From: Azolla caroliniana
Taxonomy: Eukaryota; Plantae; Polypodiophyta
Reading direction: 5' to 3'
Assembly (NCBI GenBank): GCA_043228905.1
Contig: JBHGNT010000022.1
Location: 10,602,001 to 10,666,000 of the forward strand
DNA length: 64,000 nucleotides
A program made the translations under genes and the position numbers. How positions within the stretch are numbered: position 1 is the stretch's first letter; each line of letters starts with the position of its first letter. Positions 27,801-38,500 of this stretch are shown here, in pieces. The notes under the pieces were generated by a model. It searched no databases. It was given only the letters and a program-made list of their open reading frames with translations, and was not told the origin of the DNA.

Positions 27801-29268
27801 GAGTTGACATATTGCATACGCCATTCCTTGTCCGTTAGATCTCGGTCAGGAAGGTCTTCACCTCCAGTAGCGGCGACAAGTTTCTTTTGGCTAACATCAC
27901 TATGTGGCTGAGATTTTGTCTCTTCGTTAAAGAGAAGCTTTTTTCCTCTCTTCATGGTCTCTGGAGCTACCTTGGTCTGGGCTTCGATTGGAGAACCTTG
28001 TATGCGAAGCTTTATTTTCTTCACGGGTCGGTCCGACTGGTTCTCAAACGACCTATTTATGAAAGTATATGCAAAAACATAAGTTAGGTAGTCACGTAGA
28101 TTAAGGTTGTATATTAACATGAAGAACAGTTCCCACTAGCAGTCCTATATTCAAAAATCTATTATAGGCAGGGCTATTCAACCTAGAAAATATATATCGT
28201 AATAAGTAAACAGGGTTATATATTCTTTTAAATAGTAGGTATGACTTATATAGATTCCAAACCTGTATTGAGGAGAATTTGCTATCGTAAAGGCAATTTG
28301 TGGATCATTTTCTACTATTTTAAGCTAAAGTAGGTCATAAAACACCTATAATTAGAGCATGTTTTTTTTTAAAAGTAAGGAAAGTCAACATAAAAAAGAC
28401 TGATTTTGCTAGACAATTTGATATCTTTTCCACCCCATAATTATTTGTTACCCCAAAAACACAATTTTTCTCTCTCACAACCTTCTTTTATACAGGAACT
28501 CGATACGGCGTATCGAGTTCTTGTTTAATTCCTAAACTTTAAACGGGAACTCGATACGCCGTATCGAGTTCCTCTGCTTTCTTTGCTTTTTAAACGGGAA
28601 CTCGATACAGCGTATCGAGTTCATGTTTAAAACCTAAACTTTAAACACGAACTCGATACGGCATATCGAGTTCCTGTTTAAAATCCAAACTTTAAACACG
28701 AACTCGATACGCCGTATCGAGTTCCCGTTTAAAGTGTAGGTTTTAAACGGGAACTCGATACGGCGTAACGAGTTTCTGTTTAAAACCTACACTTTAAATA
28801 CGAACTCGATACGCCGTATCGAGTTCGTGTTTAAAGTTTGGATTTTAAACACGAACTCGATACGCCGTATCGAGTTCGTGTTTAGAGTTTAGGTTTTAAA
28901 CACGAACTCGATACGGCGTATCGAGTTCGTGTTTAAAGTTTAGGTTTTAAACGGGAACTCGATATGGTGTATCGAGTTCCTGTTTAATGTTTAGGTTTTA
29001 AACAGGAACTCGATATGCCGTATCGAGTTCCTATTTAAAGTGTAGCTTTTAAACAGGAACTCGATACACCGTATCGAGTTCCCGTTTAAAAAGCAAAAAC
29101 AAATTATGAACTCGATACGCCGTATCGAGTTCATGTATAAAGTTTGTATTGTATACATGAACTCGATATGGCGTATCGAGTTCTTGAGCGACGAAACATA
29201 TTTACAAAAATGTTCACAGTGTCAGAGGCCTACTTGGAGTCCTCGCGCTCGATTCTCTTTGAAGACAT
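24827..29268 (-). pseudogene. Six-exon ParB/Srx-like + beta-class N6A/N4C DNA methyltransferase gene (~974 codons, one in-frame TAG at 27752-27754)
   Basis: Exons 29268-29234, 28052-26415, 26338-26200, 26116-25650, 25561-25269, 25179-24827 total 2925 nt; all introns GT-AG and phase-compatible; CGDVIDLI, IADIPYG, LAWIK, EYI, NPYQKP..LI..FS.EGDWILDLFSGTGTTSACALKLFRNTVALEKD. Confidence 0.88.
28496..29183. repeat. Array of 14 palindromes GAACTCGATACG-S-CGTATCGAGTTC at exact 51-bp period, in intron 1 of the methyltransferase gene
   Basis: Unit starts 28496, 28547, 28598 ... 29108, 29159; 26-bp AT-rich spacers mostly bounded by TTTAAA. Confidence 0.97.
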
Positions 29269-29304
29269 GGTTGATCGTGTGGAAGTGGAGGCGGAGATCG
29301 CGCT

Positions 29305-29377
29305 TTCGTGCTTTGTGCTCTGTGTGCTCTGTGTGCTTTGTGTGCTCTCTACGTTCTGTGTGCTCTGTACGCTCTTG
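29305..29377. repeat. Short (CTGTGTGCT)-type repeat in the predicted 5' UTR of the methyltransferase gene
   Basis: About 6 imperfect 9-mers between TATA box and ATG. Confidence 0.7.
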
Positions 29378-29402
29378 TGAGTGAAATATGACGAGGTCTT
29401 CC

Positions 29403-29410
29403 TATTTATA
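29403..29410 (-). promoter_or_regulatory. Putative TATA box of the methyltransferase gene
   Basis: CCCTATAAATAGG on minus strand, ~135 bp upstream of ATG 29268. Confidence 0.6.
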
Positions 29411-30111
29411 GGGATTGACAACATTGGTTAAAGTAACCATAGTCACCTTAACCAAGGTTGGTAACTTTGAGGATAGTTAGTTGGTAACCATAGTCACATT
29501 AACTAGAGTAACTTATGATTGTATTAATGATTACAAAGTCAAACTAACATATTGATCAATCTTTTATAGTCATAACAACCTACAATGACTTCAAAGGTTA
29601 TAAAGGAGACAATGATAGAGGTTCATGAATGTACCAATGATTGATTACTAAAAGCAACAATTTTTATGACTCTCAAATGCTATGTATTAAAGATAATGGC
29701 ATGAATTAACCAATGATTGATAAGTCTAATATTTAAAATGGTGAGCATTAAAGAACCAATGAGTGAGACGTTCTATATCAAAATGGGTGCCATTAATTAG
29801 CCAATGATTTTAACATTAATCCAACATATTCATGGCTTGTTAATGATTAGTTTTATATTTTACTTCATTTAACTTCATATAGATCTAGTTTATATAATAA
29901 TTGATATTTTAAGTACAATTACTTTATTAAAAATAATTTTTTGATGTATTGTATTAATAGAATATTACATAATATAGACATTCTATTGATTTGGCTTTTG
30001 TTTAGAGAGAAGTTTATGTTTAGAGAGGAGTATATGTTTAGAGAGGAGCTTATTAGTTTTTTTCCTTACCCTAAGAACATAACTTAGAGAGCCCTATCTA
30101 GACCTTAAGCC

Positions 30112-32892
30112 ATGAGTGAAGATTCACCATTCTCGATTGAAGAATATTGTTTGTCATCAGACCCATCGTTTTCTACTGAAGAGTATTGTTTGTCAACAGA
30201 GTCACCATATTCGATTGAAGAATATTGTCTGTCGACCGACTCACCATATTCTATCGAAGAATATTGTCTGAGCTCATCTACAGGGAATGTAAATAATGAC
30301 ACATGTGAAGAGTTCTCTATTGAAGAATACGATATTAATAAAGATACCGAGAATGAAGGAAGTGCCCAGGAAACATTGAATAACATTGGCGATGGTCACA
30401 ACAGAGAATTAGACTGTAACAAGGTTACACCAACCTCTATGCAGGAAGAGAAATCTGGGAGCCCTATGCATATTAGAAGAATCCCACGAAGAATTCGTCT
30501 GGCTAGATTTAGCTTGGTGACATCAGATAAACAGATTGGATTTGATGTCAAAAAAATATGTTGTGCCCGTGGTTGTATGTCTATGATTGGAAAATCAAAG
30601 TTGCGAGAATTAAGGCGATACTATTTTTCGATGACCGGTGATGACCAAGACACTTACCTCGGGTCACATATGCAACTAGTATCTGACAAATGTACGGGGA
30701 TCAAAGTATCATTCGAGTATTATATCTTCCATGCGCAACAGATATGTAGAGTTGCATTCAAAATTGCGTTATGTGTTAGTAACATGCGGCTACATAGAGT
30801 ACAACAACGTCTACTTAGCGGGGATCAGATGCTCAATTGTAAAGAGGTTCCAAGTATGAAAGGTGCAATTGGAAGACATGCTATTGGCTGGATGAAAACT
30901 TACTTTCAGTTAAATTGTGAAGTAATGCCCACTACAGGTAGGATGCATCTTTCTGATAATTATACACGTCGGGAAGTTTATGATGTCTATCGATCTGATA
31001 TGCTGGGCTCACGTAATAAGTCTATCACCTATAGCCAATTCACAAGATTATGGAGAGCTCAGTTTTCAAATGCTATTATTCCTCGTAAAGTACGTATGGG
31101 GTATTGCTCCATTTGTGCAAATCTTAAAAGTTTGGCTAAAGGTGCAAAGACATCAATGGAAAAGGATACGAGTAAGAAGTTACTACAAGAGCATCGTGAG
31201 GCACAATCCTTAGAATGAAGGAAGGCGATGCATCATAGAGAGAAGTGTTTGAAGAGGCCCGAACAATACATGTGCTTAATGATAGATGGCATGGACCAGA
31301 AGAAGACATGCTTGCCGCATATGCGGAGGCTCCCCAAAGATGTCAATGATGAGTGCCTTGTTCAAATGCACTTGGTGGGATGCTTGGCTTATAATAGGTA
31401 TGTTCGACCTCACGTCTTCATTACTTACCCCAATGTTCACAATGACCCTAACCTAACAGTTACAGTGATTCACCGAGTTTTGATGTCTTGGGGACAACCT
31501 TTCCCCCCTGTTCTATACATTCAATTGGACAATACTGCTAGAGAGAACAAAAATTCAACTGTATTTGGCTATCTAAGTATGTTGGTCAACCTAGAATTGT
31601 TTAGGAAAGTGAAAGTCAATTTCCTTTTGGTTGGCCATACACATGACCATATAGATAAGATGTTTAGCACATTCTCCAGACAGTTGTCTCGGCATGATGC
31701 TTTCACTTTACCTAAACTATTTGATGTCATTTGTGATGCTTATACACCACGCCCAAAAGTGTTACACTTGAAGGAGGTATATGACTTTAAGAGATATATA
31801 TTAGATGGGGGTGGTGGGAATGTTAAAGTGCTTGCTCAGTTAAATAATATAAGTTTCAATCACATTTTTATGATAAAGAAAAATGGAATAAGTGGTTCTA
31901 CACTTTTGTATGCTAAACAATATTCATCTTCTACAACATGGGAACCTGAAGGTGGTTGCCAGTTATTACTTTGTATGCCGAGTACAATTGTCCATGGAGC
32001 TAAACAAATGCCAATTGAGAAGAAAGGACAGTTGCAGAGCGACTTGGTATCAGAACAAAAACGTTCATGGCTCCAAGCCTTAGAAGAAAAAAGAAAGCAG
32101 ATTGAGGCCGCCAAGAAATATGCCGCACAACAAGACACGTCATGATGGGATGTATTTTATAGTGATGAGAAAGAAATTATAGACAATTGTGTATCTGTTG
32201 ATAATTGGAATTTGGAAACGCCATTCACATGGTCGCTGCAACATGATCGCGTAAATAGAAGTCCGGAGCAACTAGTAAATGCGATTAATGACAGCTTGGT
32301 CCATCCACAACAAAGAGACATTTATGTGGGACCAAGGATGACCAAAGCAGCCGAAGCTAGATGGCAAGGAAATTTGCAAGAGCTCACCGCGGGGATGTTG
32401 ATTGCAACGCCGGCTGATGAGAACTCACATGGCCACCAATTTTGGGTTGGTAAAATTCTAGAAGTGCTAATGCATGAAATAGAAAACACGATCAAGTCTA
32501 TAAATGTTCATTGGTACAACACTAGAAGTGCAAATGCTTTTACAAGTAAGTATACATTGGAGATGATTGAATGCCAAACAAGAAGGGGAGGTAGGAAGAG
32601 GAAGCGAAACATTCGTAACACCTCGACCCTTGATATCTCTGATGTGGATATCATCGTGTACAACTTCACACTTACAAAAGCCGAACGATTAAGGAAGTCA
32701 ACAATAGATATAATAAAAGAAAAATTACCAGGTCTACAAGGTGGCTCGAGTCAAAGGCAAACGAGATCTGCTACATATAATCTAGAGTCAAACCATTTGG
32801 TTTATGACGAAGATAATGCACTGACTGGTACATCCGAGGATGATGAGGAGGAATCGTCATTGTATATTAGTTATAGTAGTGATTCTCCGTAA
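30112..32892 (+). pseudogene. Sola/DUF7869-type DDD transposase, ~926 codons, two in-frame TGA stops (31216-31218, 32143-32145)
   Basis: Three ORFs in one frame; CCARGC, ICRVAF, YSQFTRLW, CSICA; catalytic-type motifs MIDGMDQ, IQLDNTARENKN, FLLVGHTHDHIDKMFS; lies between TIRs. Confidence 0.85.
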
Positions 32893-35540
32893 AGGAGTGA
32901 TCATGAATGTATATTTGGCTATTAAGTGTAACGACATTCCGCTTGTAACAAATCGAGTAATATAAAATCATGTGTTTTGAATTCTTATGATTTCTAAAAA
33001 ATCGTTTCTTATAAAATAACATTGGTTGTAAAGTTTGTGATATAAATTGAGAATGTATCTTTTTGAAATTCGTCTTTTTTTAGTTACTTCTAAATCACGA
33101 AAATAGTGGATTTTTAACCTTTTTCATAGTATGTTTGAACATGTATGATACTGGTATCAATGTGTTTTGTAAAATCATTGAAAAACCCCTAAAATTTCCC
33201 TTATCCTTCCATTTATGCGCGATCCTTCCACTTGTGAACGCGAACGTGTTTACATGCATCAACCGGAAGGATTTGAGAAGAAAGGGAAGGAGCACTTGGT
33301 GTGCTAGCTGAAAAAGAGCCTATACGGACTGAAGCAAACTCCCCGGCAATGGTACCGGAAGTTTGACTCCTTCATGACCGACCAAGGGTACCACAAGACG
33401 CAGGCCGATCACTACGTGTTTGTGAAAAAATTTGATGGAGGAGATTTCCTGATACTCCTCCTGTATGTGTGGATGATATGTTGATCGTCGAACGAAACCA
33501 AGGCAATATTCGGATGCTGAAGAAGGCTCTGAACCAGACCTTCTCAATGAAAGACTTAGGGCCGGCAAGACAGATCTTGGGAATGCACATCATCCAGGAT
33601 CGATCGAAGAAGTTGGTGTGGCTGTCAGAAGAGAAGTATGTGACAAAGGTGCTTCAACGATTTAGGGTTTCATAGGCAAAACCGGTCAGATCAACATTTC
33701 CAGCAAACATCAAGCTATCCTGAAAACAAAGCCCGAGGACAAAGGCAGAGAAGACGGATATGATGTGTTGTGCGGGTGTCGATATTTATGCGGAAGTGTT
33801 TGTTCGGATCATTCGGCTATGAACAACAAACAACGTAAACAGAAAGTAGAGAGGGCAAATTGAGACTTACACAGATACGAGCTTTAATGGAAAGCTTCTT
33901 ATTTTCTGCACAGAGCGTTTTCTCTCCGAATTACACTCGTCCTCCTCATCGTCATCTCATTACAATGTTAGGTATTCGCTTATATACTAAGCCCTAACTT
34001 ATTAACGAGTTCACACTCGGACAAATACAACTTGGAAGGAGTCGGCCTTTTATGCCAACAAACTCCCCCATAAAAGGAATACTCTCTTTTTTCCATGTAC
34101 AAATGCTTACAGTTATCTCACCCGTAAACCTAGATTACATATTTAACTAGATCTTATGTTACAAGTCTGTCAGCAAGTAGCCAAGTCGGCAGAGGTATAG
34201 TATAAGTGTCAGTCAGCTCTTACCTTCAGCTCCTCGTTCAACTTTCTTTTGCTCGGTCGATTGTCGTAGCCCTATCTTCTTCCTTAGTGTTCCAAACCGT
34301 TGATCTGGGAGTGGCTTCGTCAAGCAATCGGCGATGTTCACCTCGGTGTCGATCTTCCGAACTTCAATCTCTCGGATATGATGATACTGCACCTCAATGT
34401 GCTTCATCTTCGCATGGTAGACGGGATCATTAATGAGGTGTATTACACTTTGTGAGTCGCAATAGATGGTCGGCGCTAGTTGGTTTATTCGGTTTGCAGT
34501 TCCGAAATCAGCAGACAATCGATGCAGCTAGATCGCTTCCTTCGCTGCTTCCGACGTTGTTATGTACTCGGCTTGTGTGGTAGACAAAGTCGTGCACTCT
34601 TGAAGTTTCGACCTCCATGATATTGCACCACCAGCATAGGTGAAGGTGTAACCTAATGTCAATTTTCGATTGTTTGTATTTGCAACGTAGTCGGAATCGG
34701 TATAGCCTTCGACTTCGGCTAAGTTTATCAGTCCGAAAGTCAGTTGTGCATCCGTGGTTCCTTTCAGATATCTAAGGATGTGCTTGACGGCCTCCCAATG
34801 CTTCTTCCCTAGGTTTGACATGTACTGGCTGACCACCCCTACGACATAGGCTAGGTCGGGCCGGGTCACCACCATTGCGTACATGATACTTCGTACTGCT
34901 GATGCGTAGGGTATCTTTCCATTAAGCTCTCTCTCCTTGTCGTTTGCAGGAGGGTCTCTGTCCGATAGTCTGATCAACATCGGAAGCCATATTGATGTTG
35001 GCTTCGCATTCTCTACGTTGAAGCGCTTTAGCACCTTGTGGATGTAGTCAGATTAGGAGAGTCGGAGAGTCCTGGTCGTCCGATTTTGCTCTATCCTCAT
35101 GCCTAGTATGTGTCGGGCTTGTCCTAGTTCCTTCATCGCGAATTTTGCATGAAGGCTCCGCTTCAGCTTACCGATCTTTTCCGTCGACATATAGGATCAG
35201 ATAGATCCTAGACTCGTCGGCCAGTTGCCGAACATACATGCATGGGTCACAGTCTGATCTGTTGTATCCAAGCTGCCTTATGTGGGAGTCGAACTTCTGG
35301 TACCACATTCTTGGCGCTTGTTTGAGGCCATATAGACTTTTCTTTAGTCTGCATACGAGGTGATTGTCCTCCCCCGTCGCCGTGAAGCCTGCCGGTTGAG
35401 ACATGTATATGTCTTCTTCCAGATCTCCATGCAGGAATGTCGTCTTTATGTCCATCTGCTTGAGCTCTAGATCTTCTGTCACCACGACTCCTAATAAGAA
35501 TCGGAGGGTGATCATCTTGACTACTGGTGAGAATATCTCT

Positions 35541-38500
35541 TGTTAATCCTAGGGCTGGACAACAGCCTAACACAGGGTGTCCACTTAAGACACTTCACCA
35601 AAGGGTGTTACGACAGGATGACTTACAACACAACGCTTAATTAGACCTTAATTAGTTACTTAGCAATACATCATTAACATGCGTAAGATATAGAATAAGC
35701 ACAGAACGGTAATCAGTACTGAAGGATTAAGGCAATAAGTTCTATTAATTATCCGTTGTCAATTACATTGTAACCGGGCCTTTATATAGGTCTCCAGTGC
35801 GAAGTACAAAATGGTGCCAACTGGCACCTATTCGGAATCAGTCCAGATCCGGATCGACATACCGATTCCGGTCCGTCCGTTCATATTAATAAAATAATTA
35901 CAACAGTTCCCGAGTAAACTATTCCTTTCACACTCTGGTCTGGACATCCTTAAGCCTTCTTGCCGGCCGGGTAACACATGGCACGCCCATGGGACAGTAC
36001 GTTGTACGTCGAACCCATTATACGGCCCTGCTACTCTTCGTCCAAAATGTCTAGAATGCTTTGCTCCTGAATTTCCAATGGCTCGTCGGGAATCTGTTGT
36101 TGCTGCTGTGGCTGCTGTTCCGTTTGTGGCTGTTGTGGTGGTTGCTCCGTTAGTGCCTTCTCCGTTTGGGGCTGCTGCTCCGTTTGTCGCTCTAGCACCA
36201 GCGTTTCCTTCGTTGTTTCCTCCGTCGGAGTTGTTGTTGGCTGACTGACCCCGGCCTGGTCCCCATCTGGTCCTTGTATCGGCGACGGTTCCTCATCACT
36301 AAGGTTGATCGTTGCCGCCTTCCTTGCTTTTTCTTCCCGGAGCCGAGACCGCTCATAGCTCTCAAACTGGATTTGAGCCTCCAGCCAATCGTCATCCAGT
36401 TGAGCTATGAGCTGCTAGACCTGCACCAATTGTTCATCCACCAGGGCTGTGAGATCTTCGGCTAGCTCATCCCTTATGGCGGTCAAGTCCTCCGATGTCA
36501 GCATATAACAGTCGTCACCTTCCTTCCGCCGGTTTTCCACGTCCGCCCTGAGCAATTGGAGTTCCGCCGTATTCTACGCCCATTTCGTCCACCATTGCAT
36601 AGAGCTCTCGTCAATCAAGCGTTTGGTCTTGGTGAGCCATGCCCGGAAGATACACTGGATCCGTTCGGTTCCCATCCGTGATTTGTTCTCCGCGGCATGT
36701 CGCTCCTCTTTCAATTGCTTGATGATTCTGACCGTGTTCGCCTCTTGCTCCCTATAATGTGACAATTGACTTTGATAGGTTGTTTGCAACCTCTGTAACA
36801 CCATTGTCGCCGTTTCCTTTTCTTCATGGATCTGCTTGTGGAGCTCCATCTGGTCCATCGCCGCTTCCTCCAATAGCTTTGAATTCTCAGCACGTTCGTC
36901 GGTGAGTGCCGTTGTGGCCCTATCAACTTCTTGCCGGAGCTCGGCAGCCTTTCCTGCTGTTGCTTATACTCTGTCTCTAGCTGCTTGTAGTCCCGGTGCA
37001 GATGATCAAAATCATCGGTCTTCTACTTCAGCCACTGTTTGATCTGCCGGCGCGCGCGGTCCTCCCGGTCCTTCTGTTGACGGAGTTCTTCCTTCAGCCG
37101 TTCGATTTCCGTCTCCGCCATCCGTCGCAGCTTGTCTTTCTCCTCCAGCAATTTCTCTTTTTCCTCCTTTAGCCGGTCGTAAGCTTGATGTCCTTTACGC
37201 AGGTTTTCCTCTGCTCGGTGGAGGTTCTCAGTAGTCTTCTTTAATTCTTCTTCAGCCGCCTTCTTCAAGTCGCGTTCGCGGCTCCGTAATGCTTCTTGTG
37301 CGGCAAGTTCGTCTCTTAAGTCGGCAAGCTCTTGGGCTTGCACCGCATCTTTCTCCGGAACAGTTTCCGTCTCCGGGGTCTTATTCGTTTGTACATCCAC
37401 CGGAGTCACCGGTGCTTGGATCTATGTTGTTGTTAAGGTCATTTTGGCCAGGTCTTCTATGACCCGATCCAAGTCTTGTTCGAGGCACCGGATTCTGAAC
37501 CGGGCCATCTCCAGGTGGCGCCAATAGGGTGAGCCATTGTGTCACCGCATGCCATATTTTTTGGCCTTCTTTGCCTTCCTTACCTCTTATGGTATCAATA
37601 GCCGCTTACAATCCGTCAGCGATCAACACCAGCCAATCCACCTTGACCCCTTCGTACGTTGCGATAATCAAGCTTGCTTGGTTCTGAGGCATAACGGGGA
37701 GGGTATACGTGGCACATGGGCAATGGAGTACATGGGCAATTTCGCGGAATAACATATCTTCGACACCCTGTGTCCTGTAGCCCTTGCTTGCGAGAGAATA
37801 CTCACCGAAATATTTGATGAACTGCTCAGAGGAAGGATTGTTGATCGTGTAGATGGCCCCCTCTGGAAGGCCTGTTAACGCACGGATCGCTTCCTCCGTG
37901 ATCAGGTCGGTGTCAATGTCTTTGATAATCTTTTCAGCCTCCTTGTGTGGCGCCGCCTCCATGATCGTATAGAAACCCTCCAATCCGTGTTGCCGTAGCC
38001 ATCTCTTGGCGGCTTCAGACAGTATTTGGCATGTGCAGGTCGTGTACTATAATAGTATTACGTACCATGTGGTGGTGGTTTAATGTCCTATTCATAGCTT
38101 CCTCGTACCTTTTCGAAGTGCCTCTTTACTCCTCATTTGCATGGCCGTTCCCACCACTCCTTTCCATGATTTCTTTGATTCCATTCGATTTTTATTTTAT
38201 TTTATTTTTTTAAATATGTGATTATTAGGTTACTTCGCCTCTGGTCCTACCGGACCGTTACCCAAAATGCGCATCTTGCCGGCCTCTTGACGGTTTGCCG
38301 TTGTTTTGCTCTCCCTAGTTGCCGACTCGTGCTCCTCCTTACTGGCTTGGTGGTAGTCGTTTTCCTCACAGGTTGCCGTCTTGGTTGGTCTGTCGGCGTC
38401 CGATCCGGTGTCGGTCCTTCATTCAAATGGGTTCTTGGGCATAGGTCCTTTGTATGGCTTTAGTCTAAATCCATTGACCCATTTACCCAGCACCTCGCCG

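Larger units (their letters stand above)
23781..33250. mobile_element. 9,470-bp TIR DNA transposon (Sola/DUF7869-type) carrying a ParB-like/DNA amino-methyltransferase gene
   Basis: Perfect 29-bp TIR AACACGTTCGCGTTCACAAGTGGAAGGAT (23781-23809, inverted at 33222-33250); TACA TSD at 23777-23780 and 33251-33254; removal restores Copia RT EIYMHQPEG. Confidence 0.95.

Noticed and set aside
28496-29183. CRISPR array (palindromic repeats with fixed-length spacers)
   Set aside because: Spacers are copies or reverse complements of one another, there are no cas genes, and the array lies in a spliceosomal intron of eukaryotic DNA.
29106-29424. Short ORFs over the array end and UTR repeat
   Set aside because: Low-complexity translations of repeats; only MSSKRIEREDS is used, as exon 1.
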